A stretch of DNA of 62,504 nt from a virus (taxonomy: Duplodnaviria; Caudoviricetes): positions 1-62,504 of IMG/VR virus record IMGVR_UViG_3300021437_000019, one strand, 5' to 3'. Position 1 is the stretch's first letter, and every line of letters starts with the position of its first letter. Position numbers and translations under genes: made by a program. Of this stretch, positions 53,355 to 62,504 are shown one piece after another. The notes under the pieces are model-generated. The model did not search any database and had not been told where the DNA came from. It saw only the letters and a program-made list of their open reading frames with translations.

Positions 53355-55006
53355 TGCTGTGCCCCTTGATTCTTAAAGAGTTGATCGATGCGCTGGTTTT
53401 GCCCCAAAGGAATCTCGGCAGCATCTTCCATGGCCTGTTGATTGAACCACAGCCACAACTCCAAAGTGTCTCGAATGAACTGGCCCATGTTGTTCAACTC
53501 ATCGGCTAGCACCGCATCGGCGCCCTGCTTCTGCAGGAGTGCCGTTGTTGCCAGCTTCCCGCTCTGCGGCACACCCTCCGTCCCGGGCTGGTAGTCGTTC
53601 ATCCCGGGCTCGACCTGCTGCATCTCTCGAATCCACTGCGCCTGATCCTGCAACGCTTCTGCGGGGAAAGGCGGATCCTGCTGGAACTCCAATTCGGCCA
53701 TGTTCCGCACTTCTAGGATGCGGGCGAAAGAGGTCCGAATTAGATTCGCATCCGTGATGTTGCCGCCCTCCAACTTCTTGAGTAACGGGAGGAGCTTGTT
53801 GTTGATGAAGTCCGTCGTCTGATTCGCGCGCGAGTTCCGCAACTGCATCAGGAACCGGCTGATCCGCAATGTCGAGTCGCCAATCCCCTCGATCATGTCA
53901 GGGATCAGCACCATCTCCGTGTAGGTGTAGCGTCCGTAAGTCTCCCACGGGAACCACAGCCTGCCGAGGTTGATATTCTCCTCGCCAACAAAGTCGATGG
54001 CTAAACGGCCATCCACAACGCTTTGCCGTTCGTCAACCATGAACCGCTTCCGCGGCGGCTTTAACGGCCTGCCAGCAGTACGCGGATCGGCAATCGCTAC
54101 CGCTTCGCGCATCGCCCGGCGCAAGCTGATCGATTTTTCGTCGATGTAGTTCCGGTCGCCAGCCGCGTCAAGCACCTCTTGGGCCTTCTTTGGATCAATC
54201 ACCGGAGATTTCTCGCCCGTCTCGGGATCTTCGCTTTCCTGACGCGTCCAGTAATCGAGCCACTGTTCATCGCGGATGCTGTTCTCGATCACATAGGCCG
54301 ACTCGTTCAGCGAACGGAAGCCGGGCTCGAGGAACGAATCACCGGCAAACACGTAATCAAGCTTCGAGCCCTCGTACTTCGTGACCGGAATACCCAAACT
54401 TACCCGATCGCCATGCTCGGCAATGGCCTGCGAAATCTGAACCTCGTTCGGTTGCGCACCCTGCTTCTCGGCGTGGGCAATCTCGTCCTCGGGAGCGCCC
54501 TGCAAGCGCATCAGATCGCCCATGCTCAACTTCGAAGTCACCCTCTTCAGGCGCCGCGTTACCACCACCTTGTCGTAATAGTTCTTTCCAAGGCACCATC
54601 CAAACGCGCGCGCACAGTTAATGACCTTCCGGAAAGCTAGTTGCGATTCACTTTTGTCCCACTGCCACATCAACAACGCTGCGGCCTTGTCGGACTGCCC
54701 GGGCTGGCCGCCACGCAACCGGAGATTCGGGGCGTTGCGCGTCAGCCGTGCTACGCCATGCCGATGCATCACGAAATGGTCTGGCAGGCAGACGTTTGAC
54801 CGCGACTTGTCCTCAACCTCTTCGCCTTTCTGGTTCGTCCGCATGATCGGTCGCACGCGAGCTTTCAGGTTCCGGTAAATCTCCGTCCACTCGTCGTAAT
54901 AGTTGTTCTGCATGTAGCGCTGAGATGCTTTGCGCTGCTCGAGAATCTCTGCGGCCGTGTCATCCGTCACCTTGTCGATTACCGCTGCACTTTGGTTGTC
55001 AGCCAT
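53351..55006 (-). CDS. Portal protein, main part
   Basis: FGWCLGK, EGIG, Q..N...NQ..D, LATTA..Q clip region; P22-like size and position. Confidence 0.85.
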   Translation of the reverse strand: MADNQSAAVIDKVTDDTAAEILEQRKASQRYMQNNYYDEWTEIYRNLKARVRPIMRTNQKGEEVEDKSRSNVCLPDHFVMHRHGVARLTRNAPNLRLRGGQPGQSDKAAALLMWQWDKSESQLAFRKVINCARAFGWCLGKNYYDKVVVTRRLKRVTSKLSMGDLMRLQGAPEDEIAHAEKQGAQPNEVQISQAIAEHGDRVSLGIPVTKYEGSKLDYVFAGDSFLEPGFRSLNESAYVIENSIRDEQWLDYWTRQESEDPETGEKSPVIDPKKAQEVLDAAGDRNYIDEKSISLRRAMREAVAIADPRTAGRPLKPPRKRFMVDERQSVVDGRLAIDFVGEENINLGRLWFPWETYGRYTYTEMVLIPDMIEGIGDSTLRISRFLMQLRNSRANQTTDFINNKLLPLLKKLEGGNITDANLIRTSFARILEVRNMAELEFQQDPPFPAEALQDQAQWIREMQQVEPGMNDYQPGTEGVPQSGKLATTALLQKQGADAVLADELNNMGQFIRDTLELWLWFNQQAMEDAAEIPLGQNQRIDQLFKNQGAQQ

Positions 55007-55838
55007 GAATTTTGGGTTGTGCGCGGGCTGCGTTGTCTTGCGACCTATCCCGAATCAGAAGTGCAGTCTGGTCGTCTAGCTGTTCGAGTTTCTGGCGCTT
55101 GTTAATTCCCATGGGAGCCGCACCCCCAGCCACCGCCGGGTAAAAGGCCACAATACAAGCGCGCCAGAAATTGGAGGTAGCTCCGGCATTCCACGTCGCA
55201 TTGGTCGCGCTTCCGCCCCCTCCCACGAGGATGCGGTCTTCGTCCGCAAAGCCTGTCGAGGTGTCATTGTCGAGCAGAGTGAAGCTCGTTCCCGCCCCGA
55301 CGATGGCGGTGCTGTAGGTCAGCGACGAATAAATAAGCGCGTTGTCGTTCGCCGGGGTGATATTCGCCGACGTGTAAGTGCCCGAGCCGCTTCCATTCGC
55401 CGTGTTGTCCGCTGGCCCCAGGACGGTGCTGTTTGTAATCGCCCCTTTCCAACTGGAGGCCGTCATGGCCAGGAACGTGGCAGCGGCGCTCAACGTTACC
55501 GTGATGGTTACGGAGCCCCCGCCAGAGTTGGCAAAATACCAACTCTGGGTGATCTGACCGATGTTCGTGTCGTTGACCGACGCGATGGCCACGGGATAAT
55601 TCCCCGCGTTCACGTTATCGGCGCAGGTCGCGGTAGGCGTCCCAGCGTTGTTCCAAGTGGCGGAGACAACGATCAGGTCGCCCGCCGTCACCGCCAGCGT
55701 CACCGAAAGGGTGGAAGCTGAAACGCTCCCATTGTCCGCCCCGCCGTGCGTGTCTGGAGTAATGGCCGCTTCTGAAGGAAATGCTCCTAGTAGAAGTAGC
55801 AGGGCGATAAGCACCGCTTTCTTCATACAACTTTTCAT
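54999..55838 (-). CDS. Signal-peptide Thr/Ala-rich beta protein
   Basis: MKKAVLIALLLLLGAFPSEA|A; VTAGDLIVV; start 55838 or 55826. Confidence 0.7.
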   Translation of the reverse strand: MKSCMKKAVLIALLLLLGAFPSEAAITPDTHGGADNGSVSASTLSVTLAVTAGDLIVVSATWNNAGTPTATCADNVNAGNYPVAIASVNDTNIGQITQSWYFANSGGGSVTITVTLSAAATFLAMTASSWKGAITNSTVLGPADNTANGSGSGTYTSANITPANDNALIYSSLTYSTAIVGAGTSFTLLDNDTSTGFADEDRILVGGGGSATNATWNAGATSNFWRACIVAFYPAVAGGAAPMGINKRQKLEQLDDQTALLIRDRSQDNAARAQPKIHG

Positions 55839-58633
55839 AGCCCCGTCGTCTCTATCCATTGAAAGGTGATATTGAAAGAGCTGCCCGTTACCGTCACGCC
55901 GTTCAAGTTCACGGCAAGCTGTTGTGTTGTTCCGCGAAGCGCAACCGACTGGCCCATTCCAGGTTTCCAGATGTAAATATCGGACGGAGTCGCTGTTCCT
56001 GGGGCCATGCAACCCAATTTTGCGCTATCCACGTTACCGACCGCCGTGCCCACTGTCGGATTCGCGGTGTAGGTTAGGGGCGCTGAAACAGCAGCCGCAT
56101 CATTCGAATCCAACGGCACAATCGTCATGGCCGACGAAGTTCCAAGCGTATCCGCCGTGGACCGCTTGATAAGTTGCAGGTCGATGATGCCAGCGGTTGT
56201 CTGCGTGCAGGTGACTTGAACACGCGTGACGAGTACCGTGTTCGTCGCGTTGCCCGGAAGGATTGCTATATCGGTGGCGGATGCCACTGACGCCAAACCA
56301 ACCTTGTTGGCTGCATAAGTGGTCAGGTCCGTCTCGGGCAGTACCGTAGAACGAAGAACGCCGTGCAGGCCAGTATTCAGCGCAGCATCCCGGCCAGCCG
56401 TCGCTGCGGCAGGAAGATTCGTTCGCGCAATTGCTGGAAGCGTGCCAAGGCGATTCGTGGCCGCCGCAACTCCATTATCCGCCAGCGTTCCAGCGAGCGA
56501 GGAATCATTCGAAACGGTCACCCGTGGAATGCCTGCGCCGCTAGCGCCCGTACCGGTTACGACTCCAGACCCACCAACTTGTGCAAGGTTGACGCTTTGG
56601 TTGGCGGATAGTGCCCCAATCGTGTTTGTACCCGCTGCCAGGGAAACCGTAGGAGCCGCTTCGACAGGTGCGGCGCTGAGAGTGATCCCAACGTTTGCCG
56701 TTCCTGACGTCCACGCGCTTGCCCTTACGCGGAAATTGCTGGCTGCATATACGGAGCAGTTCCACGCCCTCGTTTGGTTGGAAGGAAGGGCTTCGCTGCC
56801 TTCTTGAATCGAAGTGTCTGTCCGGGTACAGGTATCGCTGTACCAGATCGTGCCGCCATCATCGGAAAATTCAAAGTTGATCGTGACGCCAGCATAAGTT
56901 CCATTCACCGTCACCGTGGATACGCCGTAGCCATTGACTGTTACCGGGCCGACCACTGAAGTCGCGGAAGTGACCGTCCCGGTTGTCCTGGTCGGCTGCG
57001 CCATCGAAATGCCGCTCGTTGTTCCAGCGGTGGTCTGGTCAATACCGACCTTCCCAACGATTGCCGCGCCAGCGACCAATCCAACGGTTGAATCATTGGA
57101 CACAGTGACGCGCGGGATCCCCGTTCCAGAAGCTCCCGTTCCCGTGGCTACTGCCACGCCACCGAACTGTGTAACGTTAGTTGAAGCGTTCGCTGGAGGA
57201 GAGGTTGTTACCGTCCCACTGACCGGCTGAGTGACCGCACTACCATCAACCTTCCACGCGGTCGTATTGGCCGTGTTGCCAGGTTGGACCGTCCAAGTGC
57301 CGCCTTGATTCGCGGTTACGGCCCCTGATACCGGCTGTGTAACACCCGAACCATCCACCGGTAACCTGCCAGCAACCGGCGTGTACTGCGCCAAATTCAC
57401 CCCGCCGATCGTGTTCGCACCGGTCGGCAGAGCACTCGTGATATTCGCCAGCACTGCGCTCAGGTTCGGAGAGCCAAGCGCCTGCGGAATGACGTTAACA
57501 TTCGCCGTTCCCGCTCCAGTGATTACCGTCGAGAGCCGTACGCGGAAGTTTGTGTACCCGCCAACGGCAAAAGTCCAGCTTTGATTCGCGCCCGTCAGCG
57601 TGTACGTTGTCTCAAAAGCGCCAGCATCGCCACGCACGCCCGCCTTTGCGTACCACGTTGTGTTGTCCGGGCTAACCTCAAACGTTACTGCGCCACCAGT
57701 GATACTTGAACCGTTGAAGGATACTGTGACCGTGGATCGCTGCGACACCGCCGCGGAAAGTGCCGTATTCAGTGCCGTCGCACTTGTCCATGCCGTCGTC
57801 GAAGCCGTGTCCTGATTGGGCGACACGATCGGGTCAGCAAACGTCGCCGTGCCATCGGCATTCGAGATGGGAACCTGCCCAGCCACTCCCTTATTCGTCG
57901 AGCCGATGAGCAGGCGATCCGCGCCATTCACCCAGGCGTGCCACACTCCATCCGTTGAATTCTGCCCAATGTCACCGTTCGCCGAAGTGGTAAGCCCTGT
58001 ACCCACGCGCAGCTTGAAGAATGTCGCGCCGGTGAAATCCCAACTATTGCCCGAGGCACTGAAAGCGCCAGCATTGACGTTTGCCGCCGCGGTAATCGCG
58101 CTCCATGCCGTGCTCGCAGTGCTCGCCGAGGAAATTGCCATCGTACTGCCCGATGGCGTGCATGTGATGTTTGTCGAGCACTGAATCGAGAAAGGGGCAG
58201 CATAGGTCTTGAGCGTTGCGCCACCGCTATCTTTGAACTTGATAACGTCAATTTGTGCGTGGGCTGGCCGAGCCAGTAGCAAGCCTAGGATTCCCAAAAC
58301 GCCAAGCAGCAGTATGATCCGCCACACCCACAAAAGCCGCCGATCACGGTCAATGCGCCGCACAAATTCAGGGTGCGCTTTTGGCCTTACGTGCTGACGC
58401 CATGCCACGCGCGCAACTGCCCGGGCAATGGCCTCGTCCTGTGTGTGATCTTCATGTTGACGGCGCACGTGGATGTATTCGGCCAGTACCGCATCCCGCG
58501 GCAAACTCATTTTCGCAGGAAGTTCAGTGAAGCCCATCGCTCGCATGGTATTCGCCACGTGTGTCGGATAATGGCCTTCTTCGATCAGCGCGAGGACGGC
58601 TTCTATTGGCCCTTTGGTGAAAGATGCGTTCAC
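55835..58633 (-). CDS. Fibre-like protein with internal signal sequence
   Basis: About 100-aa N-terminal domain, then LLWVWRIILLLGVLGILGLLLARPAHA|Q; VDGS.VTQPVSG twice and TGTGASG.GIPRVTVSNDS twice. Confidence 0.75.
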   Translation of the reverse strand: MNASFTKGPIEAVLALIEEGHYPTHVANTMRAMGFTELPAKMSLPRDAVLAEYIHVRRQHEDHTQDEAIARAVARVAWRQHVRPKAHPEFVRRIDRDRRLLWVWRIILLLGVLGILGLLLARPAHAQIDVIKFKDSGGATLKTYAAPFSIQCSTNITCTPSGSTMAISSASTASTAWSAITAAANVNAGAFSASGNSWDFTGATFFKLRVGTGLTTSANGDIGQNSTDGVWHAWVNGADRLLIGSTNKGVAGQVPISNADGTATFADPIVSPNQDTASTTAWTSATALNTALSAAVSQRSTVTVSFNGSSITGGAVTFEVSPDNTTWYAKAGVRGDAGAFETTYTLTGANQSWTFAVGGYTNFRVRLSTVITGAGTANVNVIPQALGSPNLSAVLANITSALPTGANTIGGVNLAQYTPVAGRLPVDGSGVTQPVSGAVTANQGGTWTVQPGNTANTTAWKVDGSAVTQPVSGTVTTSPPANASTNVTQFGGVAVATGTGASGTGIPRVTVSNDSTVGLVAGAAIVGKVGIDQTTAGTTSGISMAQPTRTTGTVTSATSVVGPVTVNGYGVSTVTVNGTYAGVTINFEFSDDGGTIWYSDTCTRTDTSIQEGSEALPSNQTRAWNCSVYAASNFRVRASAWTSGTANVGITLSAAPVEAAPTVSLAAGTNTIGALSANQSVNLAQVGGSGVVTGTGASGAGIPRVTVSNDSSLAGTLADNGVAAATNRLGTLPAIARTNLPAAATAGRDAALNTGLHGVLRSTVLPETDLTTYAANKVGLASVASATDIAILPGNATNTVLVTRVQVTCTQTTAGIIDLQLIKRSTADTLGTSSAMTIVPLDSNDAAAVSAPLTYTANPTVGTAVGNVDSAKLGCMAPGTATPSDIYIWKPGMGQSVALRGTTQQLAVNLNGVTVTGSSFNITFQWIETTGL

Positions 58634-58635
58634 GC

Positions 58636-58914
58636 TCAATCTTCCTCTTGGGCCAAGGTAATCGTGCCCGTAACTGCTTTCACGTATCCAACCACATCGC
58701 CTGGGTTCCAAAATACCCCTGGGCTGCGTTCGAATTCTTTTTTAGACCCTGCTGGCTTGGTAATCTGCGCGTCGTTCGCGGTGGGTGCCGCAAGAATCCA
58801 GTCCGTTGTGCCCGCTTGGTCGTTTTCGTATATCGTGACCTTGCGACAGACAGACTGCACCGTAACCGCGTGGAGACTGAGATTGTCCACGCTCATCGTG
58901 AAGGTTTTCGCCAT
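58636..58914 (-). CDS. Small beta-rich protein
   Basis: MAKTFTMSVDN...; ATG abuts the upstream stop (TGATG). Confidence 0.6.
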   Translation of the reverse strand: MAKTFTMSVDNLSLHAVTVQSVCRKVTIYENDQAGTTDWILAAPTANDAQITKPAGSKKEFERSPGVFWNPGDVVGYVKAVTGTITLAQEED

Positions 58915-59420
58915 CAATGCTTCTTGGGCATTCTCTGATACACCGCAAACCAGTCGGTTGCGATGTCGTGCTGGGCTTTGGCCAGCGGGATGCGACCGGA
59001 GCAGACTTCTCGGTGTAGCCAGTTCTCGACGGCGTCTTTCTCGTGCGCGCCTGGGCGCGGTTCGTAGGGTTGCGGCCAAAGGTTCTTCACATCATCGGCC
59101 CCACCGAGTTCAAGGCTGATCAGGTGGTCAACTTCACAACAGATGCCAGGCTTCTTTTTCGCGCCATATTGCGCATAGACCCTGTTCTTCATCGCCTCGG
59201 TGGTATGACGAAACTGCTTTGTTGACCCGCCACCGCAGACCGCCTTGGCGTCCGTCGTGCGCACCGCACCGGGCGTCACAGTAACATCATTGAGCAGGGC
59301 ACCCGTGCCAACCCGGTAATGCGCCTCCTGTGCCGCGGCCACCAACGCCACCACCAAGAGAATTGCAAGCAACGACAGGGCATCCAGCAACAGCATGTGG
59401 TAGGTGCGGGGCTGCTTCAT
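58914..59420 (-). CDS. Signal-peptide HNH-like nuclease
   Basis: Hydrophobic N-terminus; TPGAV, EVDHLISLELGGADDVKNLWPQ, KDAVEN.LH..VC. Confidence 0.8.
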   Translation of the reverse strand: MKQPRTYHMLLLDALSLLAILLVVALVAAAQEAHYRVGTGALLNDVTVTPGAVRTTDAKAVCGGGSTKQFRHTTEAMKNRVYAQYGAKKKPGICCEVDHLISLELGGADDVKNLWPQPYEPRPGAHEKDAVENWLHREVCSGRIPLAKAQHDIATDWFAVYQRMPKKH

Positions 59421-59740
59421 TAGCTCGCCTTCCCGACCGATGCCCTTGTTGGCATCATCGGATCATTCGACCGCTCTTCCACGGCCTCGTCTCCGTCGGG
59501 CTCATCTTCCGGGGTTGCGGTCATCTGCCCCACCAGATTCTTCACATGCGAATGTGCGGCACCCTTCCCCTTGTGGTAGGTCTCTTCGGGCGGCTCGTAC
59601 TTCCCGATCGCGCCGCTGAAGCCCTTCCCGGACTTGCCGGGGCTGTCGTGGTAATGCGCCGTGACTTTGTGAAGATGGCCACCCTTGCCGTCTTTCACTT
59701 TTTCAATCTCGACACGCCGAACTTTTTTGCCATGCTTCAT
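59420..59740 (-). CDS. His/Lys-rich hypothetical protein
   Basis: GAGG SD; operon packing. Confidence 0.6.
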   Translation of the reverse strand: MKHGKKVRRVEIEKVKDGKGGHLHKVTAHYHDSPGKSGKGFSGAIGKYEPPEETYHKGKGAAHSHVKNLVGQMTATPEDEPDGDEAVEERSNDPMMPTRASVGKAS

Positions 59741-59744
59741 GCTG

Positions 59745-60125
59745 TTACCTCGCTCTCGCCAATCTCAGCGCCGCCTGGTAAGCGTGCTCAAGCCACTCAG
59801 TCCGCACCAGATACCCGCGCCGCAATTTCTTCTTGCACCATAGATCGGCCTCTTTCAACTCTCTGTGGGCATCCAACTCATTCCCTCGCAGCATCGCCAC
59901 GAATCGCCCCGCCGCCCAGTTCGCGTACGCCTTCCCCGCCATCTGCCGGCTTGCTTCGTGGACCTCGGCAATCTCGATCGCGGACAGCGCCAGCACTTCG
60001 CGCCCAACTGCAGCGTCTATCTCTTCCCGCTTCGCTGTGGGCGATACCCCTTGCGCCGATTGCAGGTTGCGCTTTACTCGCGCCAAAACTTCCAGCGCCC
60101 GCGGAGATAGGCCGCCCATGATCAC
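59745..60125 (-). CDS. Hypothetical protein
   Basis: Operon packing. Confidence 0.55.
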   Translation of the reverse strand: MIMGGLSPRALEVLARVKRNLQSAQGVSPTAKREEIDAAVGREVLALSAIEIAEVHEASRQMAGKAYANWAAGRFVAMLRGNELDAHRELKEADLWCKKKLRRGYLVRTEWLEHAYQAALRLARAR

Positions 60126-60131
60126 AATCGC

Positions 60132-60377
60132 TTACGACAGGACCAGCGCGCCTTCACTGCCGATGTGGACCGGCTGGGAGTTGAGTAGTTCAATAACCTC
60201 TCCCGCGCGCACGGGGATGTCCGCATTGAGCACCGTGAGAATATCCTTCGGATGCTGACTGATCGCCGACACCAGCGCAACCCGCGAGGGCAGCCTATAC
60301 TGGTCGGCATTCCCGGGGAAACCGCTTGCGGCCTTTTTAATCTGAAATTCCACCCTGCACACCATCAATGTCGCCAT
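60132..60377 (-). CDS. Hypothetical protein, paralog of 60387-60626
   Basis: AAGGAG SD; aligns with its neighbour. Confidence 0.7.
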   Translation of the reverse strand: MATLMVCRVEFQIKKAASGFPGNADQYRLPSRVALVSAISQHPKDILTVLNADIPVRAGEVIELLNSQPVHIGSEGALVLS

Positions 60378-60386
60378 GAACTCTCC

Positions 60387-60626
60387 TTATTGAAAGAGGG
60401 GCTTAGTGCCGAACATCACTTGCTCAACCTCAAGGATGTCGTAAACCTTGCCAGCCTGCAGCGCTATATTCGCGTTGATTACCGCTGAAAGCGTTGGCGG
60501 ATCCTGCCCTGCGGCCACAACAATGGCTTCCACGGGATCCCTGCGGTACACGTCCGCTTTCGTGTCTCCCTGGGTCGTGTCCGGCAAATGAACCTGGTAA
60601 GTGACTTGATAAATATTGTTTGCCAT
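60387..60626 (-). CDS. Hypothetical protein, paralog of 60132-60377
   Basis: GGAGGAG SD; aligns with its neighbour. Confidence 0.7.
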   Translation of the reverse strand: MANNIYQVTYQVHLPDTTQGDTKADVYRRDPVEAIVVAAGQDPPTLSAVINANIALQAGKVYDILEVEQVMFGTKPLFQ

Positions 60627-60628
60627 GC

Positions 60629-60964
60629 TCACTCCTCCTCAAAACGAATTCCCTTCACCTCAAAGACTTGCTCACCCGCAGCGCATGTCAGCGTCAGCGT
60701 TGTAACCGTTGCCGGTTGGTCTTTTTCGATCACTGTGTGCGTGTCGCGACCGGGAATGCACAGGAAAATGTCTCCTTGACCTAGGGCCCGCGGCCCCTTC
60801 TTGAGTTGCACTTCAATCTTTACGGGCAGGATCGGCTGAAACACTGCCACATTGTGCTTTAAATCGTTTCCAACGAACTTGAACGCGCAAGATGAAGAGC
60901 CGGCACGTACCTGCCACGAGGCCAGCAAGAGCAATAAGACGCCGATACATGCCACCCTCTTCAC
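60629..60964 (-). CDS. Signal-peptide hypothetical protein
   Basis: MKRVACIGVLLLLLASWQVRA|G. Confidence 0.6.
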   Translation of the reverse strand: MKRVACIGVLLLLLASWQVRAGSSSCAFKFVGNDLKHNVAVFQPILPVKIEVQLKKGPRALGQGDIFLCIPGRDTHTVIEKDQPATVTTLTLTCAAGEQVFEVKGIRFEEE

Positions 60965-60973
60965 TGCCGACCC

Positions 60974-61285
60974 CTACGCGGCCGCCGCGAATACCTCGAC
61001 GGCCACAAACCCGAACTGCTTTACGATGTCCCCGCAGAAATATCCGTGACGCTTCACGGCCTCGATGGCCCCGCATTCATCCACATCACCGGCAACCGTG
61101 AACTTGAACTCGATGCCCACACCCGCCGGCACGACCACCTCGCGCACCTGTCGAGACCACTCAAGCCGCACGACCGTCCTGGGCAATGGCTGATACACGG
61201 CCGTTACCCGCCATCGCCGCTTCATGCACTGCGGCCTCCCGCGCAACCGGAGAATAAGATCACGCCACTTCGCGCGGACGCTCAC
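60974..61285 (-). CDS. Hypothetical protein
   Basis: Operon packing. Confidence 0.5.
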   Translation of the reverse strand: MSVRAKWRDLILRLRGRPQCMKRRWRVTAVYQPLPRTVVRLEWSRQVREVVVPAGVGIEFKFTVAGDVDECGAIEAVKRHGYFCGDIVKQFGFVAVEVFAAAA

Positions 61286-61289
61286 TGGC

Positions 61290-61559
61290 CTACCGATACA
61301 TCCGCTTGAACGCTTCCCATGCTATTTGGCGCTTCCAGGAGATTCGACGTAGTTCGCCGGGCCAACCAATCTTGTTTTCGACCAACCCCCGAAGTTGTGT
61401 CGGGGTCATCAGGATGGATTCTTTCGCTTCTTCAACTGTCATCCGGCCAGAGAACACAAGACGGATGAAGTCTTTCGCTTCACCTCGCGGCGAGAAGTTG
61501 GCGGTCAGGGCATCGCCAATGTCATCCCGCGAAACGTTGTAATGATGCGAAGCGCCCAT
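61290..61559 (-). CDS. Hypothetical protein
   Basis: AAGGAG SD. Confidence 0.6.
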   Translation of the reverse strand: MGASHHYNVSRDDIGDALTANFSPRGEAKDFIRLVFSGRMTVEEAKESILMTPTQLRGLVENKIGWPGELRRISWKRQIAWEAFKRMYR

Positions 61560-61650
61560 TTACGACTCCTTTGCGAAAAAACGGCCCAACCAGAGGCTCT
61601 CTGGCGCACGATCTCAGTGGCCCTATGGATAGATGGTCGGGTAAAATGGC

Positions 61651-62504
61651 CTAATACCCGATGGCGCCGTAGATCGGTTCCCATCCTCCAACCGACTGCC
61701 TCGGCTCAATGAATCGCGGTTCATCCAGCAGGATGTAACTCAGGCAGTCGATCAGGTGCTTGTCCTTGTTCAACGGATCGGGTGGCGGATCCTTCTCTGC
61801 TGCAGCCACGCCCTTGAGTTCTTTGTATCGCAGCGCCTCGATCTGACTCACCAGGATGTCGTTGTCGCCACAACCCCTCAGAATCGTCAACTGCGGCTGG
61901 AGCACACCCTCGTACTCAACCAGCCTCAGCATCTCGCTGATCTTGTCGTAGCCGGCATACTGCCGATTTTTCTTTGCTGCCCGAAAGCTGATTCCGGCCT
62001 GGCGGTATCTGTCGAAGTAGTTCACGTCTTCGGCGGCATCGAAGTTCTCGCCAGCCGGGTCCATCAAGTCAATGTAGGACTTTGGGAAGAGTCCGAATTT
62101 CTCTACCGTCGATAGCTTGTCGACGTAATCGGTGCAACTTAGTCGCGGCTGCTTCGCGTCATGCCTCTCCTGATTTTCTTCCTCTGGCCAGTAGGACCAC
62201 GGCACAACCTTCCGGCCATACTTGTTCACCATCAACCACACGAACGCGTGGGCTCTTCGGGGATGTGGGTCGCAGGCCAACCATACCGTCCACCTGTCCG
62301 CAGTGATCGTTCCCCTGGGCGTAAGGAACTGATTTACGTAATGAATCGAGCGATCAAACTCCGGAAACCACTTCTGGCCGCCCCTCGCGTGGGCGTCAAT
62401 CTCCATCTCGCGGTCCCACATCGTTACGTCGGGATACGCGCTCTTGAGCAGGGCAACGCGCTCGGGCGTCATGCTCGGGTCAGCCAGGTAATGTAATCTT
62501 GCTA
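61651..62504 (-). CDS. terL: Terminase large subunit, nuclease half (5' end cut by the window edge)
   Basis: WLACDPHPRR, LMDPAG, KDKHLIDCLSY RNase H-fold acidic motifs. Confidence 0.88.
   Translation of the reverse strand, partial: ARLHYLADPSMTPERVALLKSAYPDVTMWDREMEIDAHARGGQKWFPEFDRSIHYVNQFLTPRGTITADRWTVWLACDPHPRRAHAFVWLMVNKYGRKVVPWSYWPEEENQERHDAKQPRLSCTDYVDKLSTVEKFGLFPKSYIDLMDPAGENFDAAEDVNYFDRYRQAGISFRAAKKNRQYAGYDKISEMLRLVEYEGVLQPQLTILRGCGDNDILVSQIEALRYKELKGVAAAEKDPPPDPLNKDKHLIDCLSYILLDEPRFIEPRQSVGGWEPIYGAIGY
61848..62504. repeat. Terminal overlap, right copy (matches 1-657)
   Basis: 657 bp, 21 substitutions. Confidence 0.95.

Larger units (their letters stand above)
1..62504. mobile_element. 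Apparently complete tailed dsDNA phage genome (podovirus-like), circularly permuted
   Basis: TerS, TerL, portal, capsid, adaptor/nozzle, ejection, lysis and replication genes are all present; the two ends overlap by 657 bp; no host housekeeping flank. Confidence 0.93.

Noticed and set aside
1-62504. Diversity-generating retroelement or retron
   Set aside because: No reverse transcriptase motifs; the end-repeat differences are synonymous and not adenine-specific.
61848-62504. True physical direct terminal repeat
   Set aside because: It falls mid-gene and the copies differ at 21 sites; better explained as a circular assembly overlap.

Overview
The window appears to be one complete, circularly permuted, GC-rich tailed phage genome. 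The unit length is about 61,847 bp, and positions 1-657 recur at 61848-62504 with 21 substitutions. The layout is podovirus-like and almost all genes are on the minus strand: packaging (terS, terL), portal, scaffold, major capsid, adaptor/nozzle, ejection proteins, a 3440-aa DarB-like methyltransferase/SNF2-helicase protein, fibres, lysis, replication/recombination, and a ribbon-helix-helix control region. No integrase, reverse transcriptase or CRISPR array is visible. The host cannot be determined from sequence alone; Acidobacteriota is only a guess from the style of the DnaB and signal peptides. The most unusual observations are: (1) a TnpV-like gene with its own Shine-Dalgarno nested out of frame inside the giant DarB-like gene; (2) a 13-bp palindrome, TCTAAA-N-TTTAGA, at about 10 sites, mostly gene junctions; (3) several fibre/virion-like proteins with Sec-type signal peptides; (4) a dif-like (XerCD) site in an integrase-less genome; (5) both terL and the portal split into two genes; (6) glycosyltransferase, radical-SAM and methyltransferase genes inside the head module; (7) an atypical CAT-anticodon tRNA. 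All family calls are from motif recognition by eye; no searches were run.
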